From the IMG/VR virus record IMGVR_UViG_3300008267_000327, positions 1-60,474 of that record: DNA of 60,474 bases, one strand, 5' to 3'. Positions 8,822 through 18,898 of the stretch are shown here, piece after piece. The translations under genes were made by a program, and so were the position numbers. A model generated the notes under the pieces. It saw only the letters and a list, made by a program, of their open reading frames with translations, did not search any database and was not told where the DNA came from. Source of the stretch: a virus (Duplodnaviria > Caudoviricetes). Numbering within the stretch: the first letter of the stretch is position 1; each line of letters begins with the position of its first letter.

Positions 8822-11800
8822 ATGGGAATCTCACAAAGGATAAGAACCGAAATTGGTATCAACAAAACAATTAATGTAGAATTACAACAGGAATTCAATT
8901 ACCTTGAAATCCTTTCTCTGAAAATACAACAAGAAGAAGTTTATACAAAAGGTTGTTCAGACTACGGAGTAGTGGTCGGAAGAGTAACCGCAAACAATGG
9001 ATTTGGTATTCCAAATGCAAAAGTAACAGTTTTCATTCCGATTGATAATATCGATAGAACTAACGCTGAGATATTTTCAATATATCCATATGTAACCCCT
9101 GACGATAAGAATGAAGATGGATATAGATTCAACTTATTACCGTATGAGAAGTCATACACAAATCACGTTCCAACAGGGACATTTCCATCAAGATATGATT
9201 CACTAACAAATAAAACAGCAATCTACATTTATGACAAGTATTACAAATTTACTGTAAAGACAAATGAAAGTGGTGATTATATGATTATGGGTGTTCCACT
9301 TGGAGTTCAGGTTATTTTTATGGATTTGGACTTGTCAGACATGGGTGAATTTTCATTAACACCTCAAGATTTAGTTAGAATGGGAAGAGCAACAGAAGCT
9401 CAGGTTGCCGGGAATTCTTTCAAAGCTTCGAATAATCTTAACTCACTCCCTCAAATATTATCATTAAGGAAATCAATTGATGTTTCCCCATTATGGGGAG
9501 ACCCTAGTATTTGTCAAATTGCTATTAATAGGGTTGATTTTGACTTAAGAGATGATGCAAATATTGATATACAACCAACTTCCGTTTTCATGGGCTCAAT
9601 TGTTTCGTCTGTTGACAACAAAACAGTCAAAACGGGATGTAAGCCCGCAACAGAGATGGGAAATAATTGTAATTTAGTTGCGGGACCCGGACAAATACTA
9701 TGTATTAGACAAACAATATTTCAAGACTCGTATGGATTACCTGTATTAGAACAGTATAGATTTGATGGTGGGGACGACGTAATTGATACAGACGGTTCAT
9801 GGTTAGTTGATGTCCCAATGAACTTAGATTATGTAACCATCAACGAATTTGGAGAAAGAATATTATCAAACGACCCAAAAGTCGGTATACCAACAAAAGG
9901 TAAATATAGATTCAAAGTCAAATGGAAACAATCAGAGGATTTGGGAAGAAGTGTGGTAAGAGCAAATTATTTGGTTCCTAACATAAGAGAATATGGGTGG
10001 CAGAGTGCTGCTAATGACCCAAGATTATCTCCCGGTAGTCCACAGTATATAGAATTTATGAAATCTTACGCCTTTAGTTTAGATTGGTCTGATTATGTAT
10101 ATAGCACAGGGACAACTGCAGGCAGAAGAATCTTACAAAGTTTTGTAAATTGTGAAGATAGATTTTACCCTTTTGAATATAATAAGGTTTATACAGTTTC
10201 AAATTTTATTGACCAATACCACAAAGGGACAAATAGAGGTAGATTCATTGGTATAAAACAAATTACAGATTCTTCTTGTGATAGTGGAGTTTATAAATTC
10301 CCAACCAACGACGGTGTAAGAAACACAGATATTCTTTTCAGTTTCATTAATTTTTTATTAGGGATATATACATTGTTATTAATTGGTTTATTACCTTTAA
10401 TACACGTTTTGGCATTCATTTGGCCGGTATTGAAACTTTTATTTACATTTGTTTATACGATAATTGCGTGGTTTGTGTATTTTTTATGTAAATTGATAGA
10501 TTCGGTTCCGTTTGTTAGCGTTGATTGCCAAAGACCTATGAACCCAAGAGATTTTTTCAATCAAATTGGAGACCCATTCAAAAAAATATCGATACCGATA
10601 ATAACATATCCTGAGTGTGAGATGTGTGCTTGTCAGACAGAAGATGTTGAAACTGCAGACAATCCAGCAGCGACATTTCAACAAATGGCAGCACAAAACT
10701 CATCTCTTTCTTGTTTAATTGACACACAAAATCCAAATGCGTTTGGTAATATTGCCGACGAACAATACTGTATCGACAATACATTCCTTCTTCCTGTAAG
10801 TGGCGCTAGCTGCCAACTTGCAATAAACGAAAGTTGTAACTGTGCTCAATCATTCAACGGAGGTGTCGGTAAAATTATAATGGCTGGTAATGGAGAAAAC
10901 AAATATTGGAAAAGAACCCCTGCAGATATTTTAGGTAATTGTGGGTCAAATCGATATTATGCTCACTCCGAAGATTTAACTTTAGGAGAAAGATTAAATC
11001 TTTTTAATACTAAAGGTAAATATTTTAATAACTTACCCGGGAATGGGCCATATAATCCATTTGGAGGGTGGAACCAAATTAAGGTTCAGGTAAGACCGGA
11101 TTTACCTGCTAATAACAATAAGTCCCACTTTGACAATGTTATAGCGATTTTAGTCGATGAGGGTTGTAGTGAAAATTTTGCAACAGGAACTATTTTATCT
11201 TTCGATGATATATCCCAAACAAAGGATGCAAATATTTTAAGTGGTCAAAACATTACTTACATAAATAATGTTGGAGATGAAATTACTATAAAAACAGTTA
11301 CAGGGACACCAAAAAATGTTTCTAGTGTAACATATTCATTTGCTGACCCATCAGACTCTGCAGGTAATCGAGCGTTACAAACAATATACGCAGTTGACCA
11401 AACATCCGGAATAACACAATTAGTTATTGCAAAATCTGTGGGTAAGATAATAACATTTACACCACAATTACCACAAACAAATCAGTTACTGGATGGAGTA
11501 TATTCAAATTTAGTGTCGATAACAACTTCCCTTGGTCAAGGTGCAACTTTTAATGTAACAGTTAGTGGGGGTATTGTGGTGTCTGTTAGTTTGTCGAATT
11601 CAGGATATGACTATGAAGTTAACGACGAGTTGACAATATCAGGAAATTTATTCAGTGGCGTTAATGGTGGAGATGACATCATAATTTATGTTAATAGTGT
11701 CACCGCACAACAACTTGCCAACGTGGTCTTACAAAAGTTCCCAACAGATATTGAATATTTTCAAGTGATAACCGCAACGACATATGGTAATTTTATAAAT

Positions 11801-14389
11801 TTAAACCCCGTAATACCAACCGGAAAATACAACGACCCATCAAGACCAAATTATAATTCATTAAAATATAGGTTTACCGATAATTTTCAAGTTCAAATGG
11901 TCGAAAACTGGGTAGGTAATTATACCACTTTCATGGGGCGACCAGTACCGAGATTAATTTGGAACACTGACGATATATACAGACCAATATATGCGATGCC
12001 GGACCAAAAACAATTCTACGTTGTTTTTTTGATGAGAGGGGTTGACCCGAACTCAGCTAGACAAACAACTAAGATAGATGTCAGTAAATTATTCGGATAT
12101 GATTACGGGACTCATATTGTTACAGGAGATTACAAATTGAATATACCCATACAACCGGGACTAGTCTTACCAAGACACAACGAGATAAAATTTACAACAT
12201 CTACGAGTAAGGGAAGAAGTATATTTTTTGACTCTTACCTATATCAAACAACTTCATCCTTTACAGGGTTTACAAGTAACTTTGTTGCCAATTATTCCGC
12301 TTTGGATGCAAGCACTCTAAACACTGGATTAACCATTGGTTCGAATGGGTTCTTAGTGGATGATGCGGTCCCTTATACAAAGTTAGACACTTCTAAGATT
12401 GGAACATTAAATGGTTATGTTTGTGCAAACGAAGCAAATAATCTATTCGCCAAAAAATTATATTTTGATAATGACTCATATAAGTATGTTTGGAATGCGG
12501 GTCCGTATCAGGTACAAGACCACTGTACAGATGATAATGGAAATGTTTTTCATCTTACACCAACGTATCAGTTTGAACTAGATGATTATAGACCCGGTCT
12601 TGGTATCAATAGAGGTGGAGGACCAACGGGAAAACAACATAGAGGGTACTACACAAATGAATATCTCGAAGGAGGGTCATATTTTTATGTCCAAGGAGGA
12701 CAGGTCCGGACCTTTTCTCTTGGTAACTATAATTACTATAGTCCTGAGATTAACCCTGAATTTTTTATATATTTCTCCCCTGTTTATCCAACAGGAACGA
12801 CAACCACATTTCAAAACAATACTCAAAAAATTGTTATGAGAACTGACAGACTACCATCTTCATCTTGGAGAAATGACACACAAGGAAATAATACATTTTT
12901 ATTACATCAGAACAGAGGATTCTCATTTTTCTTTTATAATGACGACGGAACAATAGGTGCTAGTTATTTGAACCAAACTGTTGGATATACTTCAGGTGAC
13001 TTTACTGAAGATGCGGATAATCAATTTGAACAAAGTATACAAACTACATTTACCTGCTCAGGACTTGTCCCATTAAAATGTTACCAAGGAAATGGAGAAA
13101 CATTTGGAGTGAAAGCAATAGGAGATGATTGTTATACCAATCCGAGTATCGTTAGGAATGGATGTTACGTTTTTGTTGACAAAGCAATTGTTAGATTAAT
13201 CAAAGATTTTAAAGCCTTAGGTGAGTGGAAAACAAGATTTAAAGTTAATATGGCGGCATGTAGAGGGTTGTTTGGTCACACTTTCTATAATAATTGGATT
13301 AATGGAACTTTATTCATGCCACCACTAAAAAACAATAGATTTTTTACAAGACCATCGGGAACCTCCTCAGGTAATAGACCATTCAATAAGTTTTGCAAAG
13401 ATATTGCAGTATTACAGGATGGAACAAATAGTTTCTTCTATAGGTCTTCACCATACACAGGAACAAAATTTGTAGGAAAAGCAGCACCATCTAATTCTAG
13501 AAACTCACTTCAACTACTTTATCCCACAACAATTATGGATATGGGTCCAAGAGATGAGTTTGGATATGAACTAACACTATCTGAGAATTACTTTGGTTAT
13601 AACATGAATAAAATGAAACAAACTTCTTACCAAGATGTTTCTAACATTTTGAACTTATTTTTAATATCAAGACAAATAAGTGCGAGTTTTTGGGCTAAAC
13701 TTTTTACCGCAGGAGATGCCTCTGTTGCCACTTTCTTTTCAAGACCCAAAAGAAGATTCGATGGGGATTATGCTCAAGCAATATCTATTAATTCTGAACT
13801 TGGTGTTGAAGAATTTGATTTCGAAACATATGATTATAGCACCGGTTCTACAACAGGTCAAAATACTTTTTATTTAGGTGATAGATTGATTGGTATATTT
13901 TTCTCGTCTGACACACAAACAAGAGATTTCGTTTCCCCAAGAAGAATTATTAGAAATGACTCTGTATTACCGGGAGTTTATGACAACCTTCCTATTTTCA
14001 GTCAAGAAGTGCCTATGTATAAATGGGGTATAAATTTTTCTAACGACAGTAATTCTATTTTTGGTAATGAAAAGAATGATTGGAAAACCTCAGGCTCAGA
14101 CATACAAAAATTTAAATACCAATCTTTAGACAGAACTAATATTCTGTATAATTATTTTATGGGTTATTTGAATCTTCCTATAGGACAGAACGGATATATT
14201 TTCAACCTAAGAGACATAGGTGGTAATAATTACATTTTTGAAGGAGACCAAACTCCCGGACAAGTTCTTGTTAATCCAAGTTCCAGATACACTGTGGGTG
14301 CACCGTATTATTTCTATTTCGGTCTTTACAGGGGTAATAATGCGCTCGATAAATTTAATATAAAATACTTAGGATTTGAAACTTTATAA
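8822..14389 (+). CDS. large virion structural protein with an internal hydrophobic segment
   Basis: N-terminal carboxypeptidase-regulatory-like beta domain (VVGRV..IPNAKV..TNESGDY); TM-like stretch around 10330-10500; baseplate context; TATTTAT at 8801. Confidence 0.65.
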   Translation: MGISQRIRTEIGINKTINVELQQEFNYLEILSLKIQQEEVYTKGCSDYGVVVGRVTANNGFGIPNAKVTVFIPIDNIDRTNAEIFSIYPYVTPDDKNEDGYRFNLLPYEKSYTNHVPTGTFPSRYDSLTNKTAIYIYDKYYKFTVKTNESGDYMIMGVPLGVQVIFMDLDLSDMGEFSLTPQDLVRMGRATEAQVAGNSFKASNNLNSLPQILSLRKSIDVSPLWGDPSICQIAINRVDFDLRDDANIDIQPTSVFMGSIVSSVDNKTVKTGCKPATEMGNNCNLVAGPGQILCIRQTIFQDSYGLPVLEQYRFDGGDDVIDTDGSWLVDVPMNLDYVTINEFGERILSNDPKVGIPTKGKYRFKVKWKQSEDLGRSVVRANYLVPNIREYGWQSAANDPRLSPGSPQYIEFMKSYAFSLDWSDYVYSTGTTAGRRILQSFVNCEDRFYPFEYNKVYTVSNFIDQYHKGTNRGRFIGIKQITDSSCDSGVYKFPTNDGVRNTDILFSFINFLLGIYTLLLIGLLPLIHVLAFIWPVLKLLFTFVYTIIAWFVYFLCKLIDSVPFVSVDCQRPMNPRDFFNQIGDPFKKISIPIITYPECEMCACQTEDVETADNPAATFQQMAAQNSSLSCLIDTQNPNAFGNIADEQYCIDNTFLLPVSGASCQLAINESCNCAQSFNGGVGKIIMAGNGENKYWKRTPADILGNCGSNRYYAHSEDLTLGERLNLFNTKGKYFNNLPGNGPYNPFGGWNQIKVQVRPDLPANNNKSHFDNVIAILVDEGCSENFATGTILSFDDISQTKDANILSGQNITYINNVGDEITIKTVTGTPKNVSSVTYSFADPSDSAGNRALQTIYAVDQTSGITQLVIAKSVGKIITFTPQLPQTNQLLDGVYSNLVSITTSLGQGATFNVTVSGGIVVSVSLSNSGYDYEVNDELTISGNLFSGVNGGDDIIIYVNSVTAQQLANVVLQKFPTDIEYFQVITATTYGNFINLNPVIPTGKYNDPSRPNYNSLKYRFTDNFQVQMVENWVGNYTTFMGRPVPRLIWNTDDIYRPIYAMPDQKQFYVVFLMRGVDPNSARQTTKIDVSKLFGYDYGTHIVTGDYKLNIPIQPGLVLPRHNEIKFTTSTSKGRSIFFDSYLYQTTSSFTGFTSNFVANYSALDASTLNTGLTIGSNGFLVDDAVPYTKLDTSKIGTLNGYVCANEANNLFAKKLYFDNDSYKYVWNAGPYQVQDHCTDDNGNVFHLTPTYQFELDDYRPGLGINRGGGPTGKQHRGYYTNEYLEGGSYFYVQGGQVRTFSLGNYNYYSPEINPEFFIYFSPVYPTGTTTTFQNNTQKIVMRTDRLPSSSWRNDTQGNNTFLLHQNRGFSFFFYNDDGTIGASYLNQTVGYTSGDFTEDADNQFEQSIQTTFTCSGLVPLKCYQGNGETFGVKAIGDDCYTNPSIVRNGCYVFVDKAIVRLIKDFKALGEWKTRFKVNMAACRGLFGHTFYNNWINGTLFMPPLKNNRFFTRPSGTSSGNRPFNKFCKDIAVLQDGTNSFFYRSSPYTGTKFVGKAAPSNSRNSLQLLYPTTIMDMGPRDEFGYELTLSENYFGYNMNKMKQTSYQDVSNILNLFLISRQISASFWAKLFTAGDASVATFFSRPKRRFDGDYAQAISINSELGVEEFDFETYDYSTGSTTGQNTFYLGDRLIGIFFSSDTQTRDFVSPRRIIRNDSVLPGVYDNLPIFSQEVPMYKWGINFSNDSNSIFGNEKNDWKTSGSDIQKFKYQSLDRTNILYNYFMGYLNLPIGQNGYIFNLRDIGGNNYIFEGDQTPGQVLVNPSSRYTVGAPYYFYFGLYRGNNALDKFNIKYLGFETL

Positions 14390-16088
14390 TTTCAGGATTA
14401 TACCAAGCCAACTTAAGTATAAGTCAGCACCTTCTGTTGACCAAAACATTGTATTGTCATTAGATAACACACAAAAGGTTGGGATTGAATATGATAGAAT
14501 TAGAACTCTAAATTTGGCAGAAGTTTACGAACAGGAAAGACAAGAAAGCACAATATTTAGACCCACATTCAACGTTAATTTTTTATATTTCAACGCATAC
14601 ACTGGCACAACTAATTATATTCCTTTCCGAAATAATCTTTATTTTACCGCACCAGAAGTATCTGCATTGAACAACACATGGGTTGGATACCCACAATATT
14701 ATGAATTTGATTTTTTTAGACCTGATGTTATAGATGGTCACATACAATATAAAACTAAAAGTGCATTCACATATAATTGGACATACTATCTAAGTTATGC
14801 TTATAATAATAACTATGATAAAATGTTGACACATAGTTTGAATAATAGTAGTCTTGTTTGGCAAGCTAAAAGGGGTATACCATTTAGAGTCAGACCAATA
14901 AGTATAAACGGGGACCCACTAATTTCTTTTGAGTGTATAAGCCCACACGGTTTACAAGTTGCGGAGTCCGTAGAACTATCTATTGGATATGGACCAACGA
15001 ACGACAAAATATTCGAAGTTTATTCTTTGGGTAATGGAAAATTTGATAGTGAAAAAAATGTATTCAACATATATGATATAGGATACACAGGAAACACATT
15101 TTCCAACGGGAAAAAAGGGACTTTCAAAAGAGTAACAAATCCTGAAAATTTGGAGGAAACAACGTCAAAATATTACGTAAGAGAACACAAATTACTTACA
15201 AATATTGATGACTTAATTATTAATAAAACCGGTTTTGAGAAAAATGGTTTTTTAGAAAAAAGTCAAATAACTTTAAGTTCTATTACCCCCGACTTTAAGA
15301 CTAAAATCACAAGAAGAAGTAGTAGTAATACATACAGTATAACCGCATCCAAAGACATAGATTTGAATATTTTATTGGACAATCAAAAAAGACCAATAAC
15401 TCAGTTATTTTTAACTATAGTAAACAAAGGATATTCTGGTTATTTCAATAAACCTTTGAATAACAGTGCGATTAAAGAAGGTTGGTTATTTAATATTAGT
15501 AATGTTACAACACCTTATTGGGCCGATAGTAATTCCTCAGTATATACTGACATTCCAACATCATCTTATACTTTGACAGACATAAGTGGAAACACAAAAA
15601 CTTTTCATTACAATCAAGATTTGAAAGAGGGCGATGTTCTATTAGGTGCTTTTTGTGAATGGAATGATTACGACCAAACAGAGAGAGTAATTTCTGAGTA
15701 TTATCATAAGATAAATTTTAATCAGGATGTTTTTCAAACAAGCGATACACCAAGTGAAAATACTAATGGATATTATTATAGTCCACACATGATGATGAAA
15801 ATTAGAGATTTTGCGGACACTATAGAAACAGGAGATATAAATAATATTGACCAAGTTCCGGGATACTCTTTTTTTTCAGAGTCTGACCAAGAGTTCAGAT
15901 GGAGAGATTTATATACATATGGTTTTATTGATGAGTTAGGTAATGGTGTTGACTATCCATACCTTAATAATTGTCATTATCCTTTCACTAATACTATTTT
16001 CAGATTGATACCTGAAGGTTTGGATAGTAATGGTGAATTAATGGGATTAAATATACCAACAAAACCTTTAATAGATGGATGCGAATAA
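14376..16088 (+). CDS. putative structural protein
   Basis: 570-aa ORF with TTG start overlapping the upstream stop, in the baseplate operon. Confidence 0.65.
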   Translation: MKLYNFRIIPSQLKYKSAPSVDQNIVLSLDNTQKVGIEYDRIRTLNLAEVYEQERQESTIFRPTFNVNFLYFNAYTGTTNYIPFRNNLYFTAPEVSALNNTWVGYPQYYEFDFFRPDVIDGHIQYKTKSAFTYNWTYYLSYAYNNNYDKMLTHSLNNSSLVWQAKRGIPFRVRPISINGDPLISFECISPHGLQVAESVELSIGYGPTNDKIFEVYSLGNGKFDSEKNVFNIYDIGYTGNTFSNGKKGTFKRVTNPENLEETTSKYYVREHKLLTNIDDLIINKTGFEKNGFLEKSQITLSSITPDFKTKITRRSSSNTYSITASKDIDLNILLDNQKRPITQLFLTIVNKGYSGYFNKPLNNSAIKEGWLFNISNVTTPYWADSNSSVYTDIPTSSYTLTDISGNTKTFHYNQDLKEGDVLLGAFCEWNDYDQTERVISEYYHKINFNQDVFQTSDTPSENTNGYYYSPHMMMKIRDFADTIETGDINNIDQVPGYSFFSESDQEFRWRDLYTYGFIDELGNGVDYPYLNNCHYPFTNTIFRLIPEGLDSNGELMGLNIPTKPLIDGCE

Positions 16089-16881
16089 TTTGAGAATAAG
16101 ATTAGATAACACAAATAATAAAGAACTTACAATCCCTGTTGAGATTAACTGGGATTTTTGTGGTCAGGACCAATCAATTGATTTATATGAGGACGAAGTT
16201 GTAAAAGAGGTGATAGGGATTGGATATGACTTCGAAGTTCAGAGGTTTCCACACGATATAGACCCGATTACAAAAAAAACCGAAATTAATTATGAATTCT
16301 ATTTTTACTCGGGAGGTTCACTGACCTCAACAACAAGTTGGCATAATAGCTATTTGACTGAGGGAATCACCACAAAAAATATATATTACTTCGAAAATGA
16401 TTTTACAAGGTCTTTTTTCAAACTTGACCTCTACGATAGTGTGGACGATAAAAGACAAACAAATTATATCACAGTCATTATACCAACTCAACAGGGATAT
16501 AAAACAGATGCGGTTCTTAACACAACACCTGTTAAAATAAAAATACCAAAGTTCACATTAGACTATGTAGGGGACAAGGAAGGGTTTTTCATTTACTGGT
16601 TAAAAAAATTACAATTTTTGAATATCAATACTTTCTATATGACCGCAAAGTTCTACAATGCAAGTCTCGGGATTTTTACTAAAATGATGAACACCCCACA
16701 AGGTTCACTACCCCCGAGTCAAACATTTAATTTTGACTCAATAAAGTATTTCTATTACAAAGTAGTATTTGATTACACGAACAAAACATATAGGATTTTC
16801 AGATTTGACCCTGTCACAAACGTAGAGGAAAGGGTTGGGACAACTACACCCATAACTTGGTATGAATATGTAAACCCTTAA
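16075..16881 (+). CDS. putative structural protein
   Basis: coupled ORF in the baseplate operon. Confidence 0.65.
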   Translation: MDANNLRIRLDNTNNKELTIPVEINWDFCGQDQSIDLYEDEVVKEVIGIGYDFEVQRFPHDIDPITKKTEINYEFYFYSGGSLTSTTSWHNSYLTEGITTKNIYYFENDFTRSFFKLDLYDSVDDKRQTNYITVIIPTQQGYKTDAVLNTTPVKIKIPKFTLDYVGDKEGFFIYWLKKLQFLNINTFYMTAKFYNASLGIFTKMMNTPQGSLPPSQTFNFDSIKYFYYKVVFDYTNKTYRIFRFDPVTNVEERVGTTTPITWYEYVNP

Positions 16882-16883
16882 AA

Positions 16884-17966
16884 ATGGATTATTATAATAT
16901 AATAATATCACCTGAGACAATTAAAAGTGATTTAGTAGATGTCACATATTCCGGAGGAACGGTTGGGGTGTATTCTGCTATGACGCAAGTTATTACTGGA
17001 GGACCTGAAAGAACTTCTTTATTGACAGGACTAACAATTCCTATATTAATAAGAGAGACTATTAATGATATGGGATACTACGACCCATTCGATGGTGCAA
17101 TTTTACAACAGGATGTTGTAACAAATTTTTTATTTTCGTCAACAACAAATAGTCCATATGAGGTTTTTGTCTATAACACATCGAGTGAGATAAATAAATT
17201 TTTGGAGTTATCAACTTATTTGGTTGATTGGGGTGACGGGACTTCAAAACAAAGAATTACGGGGTTTACACCCAACTACGTGAGACACCAATATCCAAAC
17301 TCATCTAGTGGTTATACAATAACATTAGAACAAACTAATCCTTGGGGATTAACAAAAGTTGAAAAAAATATTACCTTACCTTATAGTAATATTACAATAC
17401 GTAATCCTAAAGGGACTGCATATTTTTTACCCGGGAATGGTAATTGGTCTGCAACACCAATAAGTTATAATTATATTTTTTCGGGTGATTCAGAAAATAA
17501 TGTTAATTCACAAATATCGTCTAATAGTGTAATAGTCCCATATTATGTTTCAGGACAAACTAAGTCAAGACTTAAAGACTTTGAACAATATGGTTCGATA
17601 AAATATCCGGCACCCGGAGTCCCTGTTATAAAAAACCGAGAAATATTTGGTATTATAAATAATATTACACCAACTTATACCGGATATACTATACAAGGAA
17701 TAGATTATTACGATTATTCAGATGGAACTAGTATATTTTTTGCAAGTTCATCCGGATTAACGTCTGACAATATTACTGCGGAACCCATAACAAAAAGAGA
17801 GGTTTTAATAAATGTTATCGACCAACCACAAATTCAAACTAATGTGTATATTGAAAGGGGTAAAAATAGTGCATACGAAAGAATTCAAAGGTTGGGTGAG
17901 GTTGATAATGTTGGTGATTTGGTAAATTACGGATATGGATTTTTCAATGTTGAAAAGAAGATATAA
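16884..17966 (+). CDS. putative structural protein with a PKD/Ig-like motif
   Basis: YLVDWGDG..HQY..YTITL. Confidence 0.65.
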   Translation: MDYYNIIISPETIKSDLVDVTYSGGTVGVYSAMTQVITGGPERTSLLTGLTIPILIRETINDMGYYDPFDGAILQQDVVTNFLFSSTTNSPYEVFVYNTSSEINKFLELSTYLVDWGDGTSKQRITGFTPNYVRHQYPNSSSGYTITLEQTNPWGLTKVEKNITLPYSNITIRNPKGTAYFLPGNGNWSATPISYNYIFSGDSENNVNSQISSNSVIVPYYVSGQTKSRLKDFEQYGSIKYPAPGVPVIKNREIFGIINNITPTYTGYTIQGIDYYDYSDGTSIFFASSSGLTSDNITAEPITKREVLINVIDQPQIQTNVYIERGKNSAYERIQRLGEVDNVGDLVNYGYGFFNVEKKI

Positions 17967-17989
17967 ACTATTTATAATAAAATAAAAAA

Positions 17990-18898
17990 ATGGCAATTGG
18001 AACTTATGGAACGGTGAGACCAAGTGATGTATCACCTGAAGATGTGGAAATAATTATGAATTATACACCTTCTCGAGATGTTACAGAAAATTTTGTTTTA
18101 AGAACGTTGGACGCACCAACAATACTTAAACCATATTTCAATAATTCTCAAACGGGAGGGAATACAAATGTGGAAGTAATTGGTGGATTATACAATCTAA
18201 CACTCCCTGCGGACATATTTAATGCTTTGGGGTTTTATACTTTGTATATTAGACCCGCCCAAATAAGAACTTCGATTTCTGATTGTGGTGTTTTGAGTGC
18301 ATTACCTAACGTGAAAGGTATCATAATTGATTTATCAAATGTCCCATCAAGATTTATAAATAAATTTGTTCCACAAGGTTTAGTAGGATTTAGAATCGAA
18401 TATCTTAATCCTGATGGAAGTAAAATACCAAATTTTTTCAGAATAATCACTTCATGTTTTTTTTGTGAACCGGTGGTGGTTAACCAAACTAACACAACAC
18501 AAAAGTCTATAAGATATAGATATGTTGATGGAATATCTAATCTTTTATTCCTGACAGTTTCACCATCATCATCACCAACTAATAAACCGAATGCAACACC
18601 ATTTATTGGTCAACCTAATCAGAGTATTATAATCACTAATACTTTTTTCAACCCAATAACTGTAGACATTCAGATGGCAGAATACGACATTGATACATTA
18701 GCAATTGCTCTTTACGGTAATCAAAGTAAATCAATTGATGACGGTATTTACACAATTTACGATTCTAATAATAATATATTTAGACAATACAATTTATTCG
18801 AAATTAGAGACCAATTCAACTCATTGTTGTATGAGGTTAGACAAAATAGAAATAATAATATTGATTTTAGCAAAAGCTTTAACAACATAACTTCTTAA
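17990..18898 (+). CDS. putative structural protein
   Basis: 302-aa ORF; TATTTATA at 17969-17976. Confidence 0.65.
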   Translation: MAIGTYGTVRPSDVSPEDVEIIMNYTPSRDVTENFVLRTLDAPTILKPYFNNSQTGGNTNVEVIGGLYNLTLPADIFNALGFYTLYIRPAQIRTSISDCGVLSALPNVKGIIIDLSNVPSRFINKFVPQGLVGFRIEYLNPDGSKIPNFFRIITSCFFCEPVVVNQTNTTQKSIRYRYVDGISNLLFLTVSPSSSPTNKPNATPFIGQPNQSIIITNTFFNPITVDIQMAEYDIDTLAIALYGNQSKSIDDGIYTIYDSNNNIFRQYNLFEIRDQFNSLLYEVRQNRNNNIDFSKSFNNITS

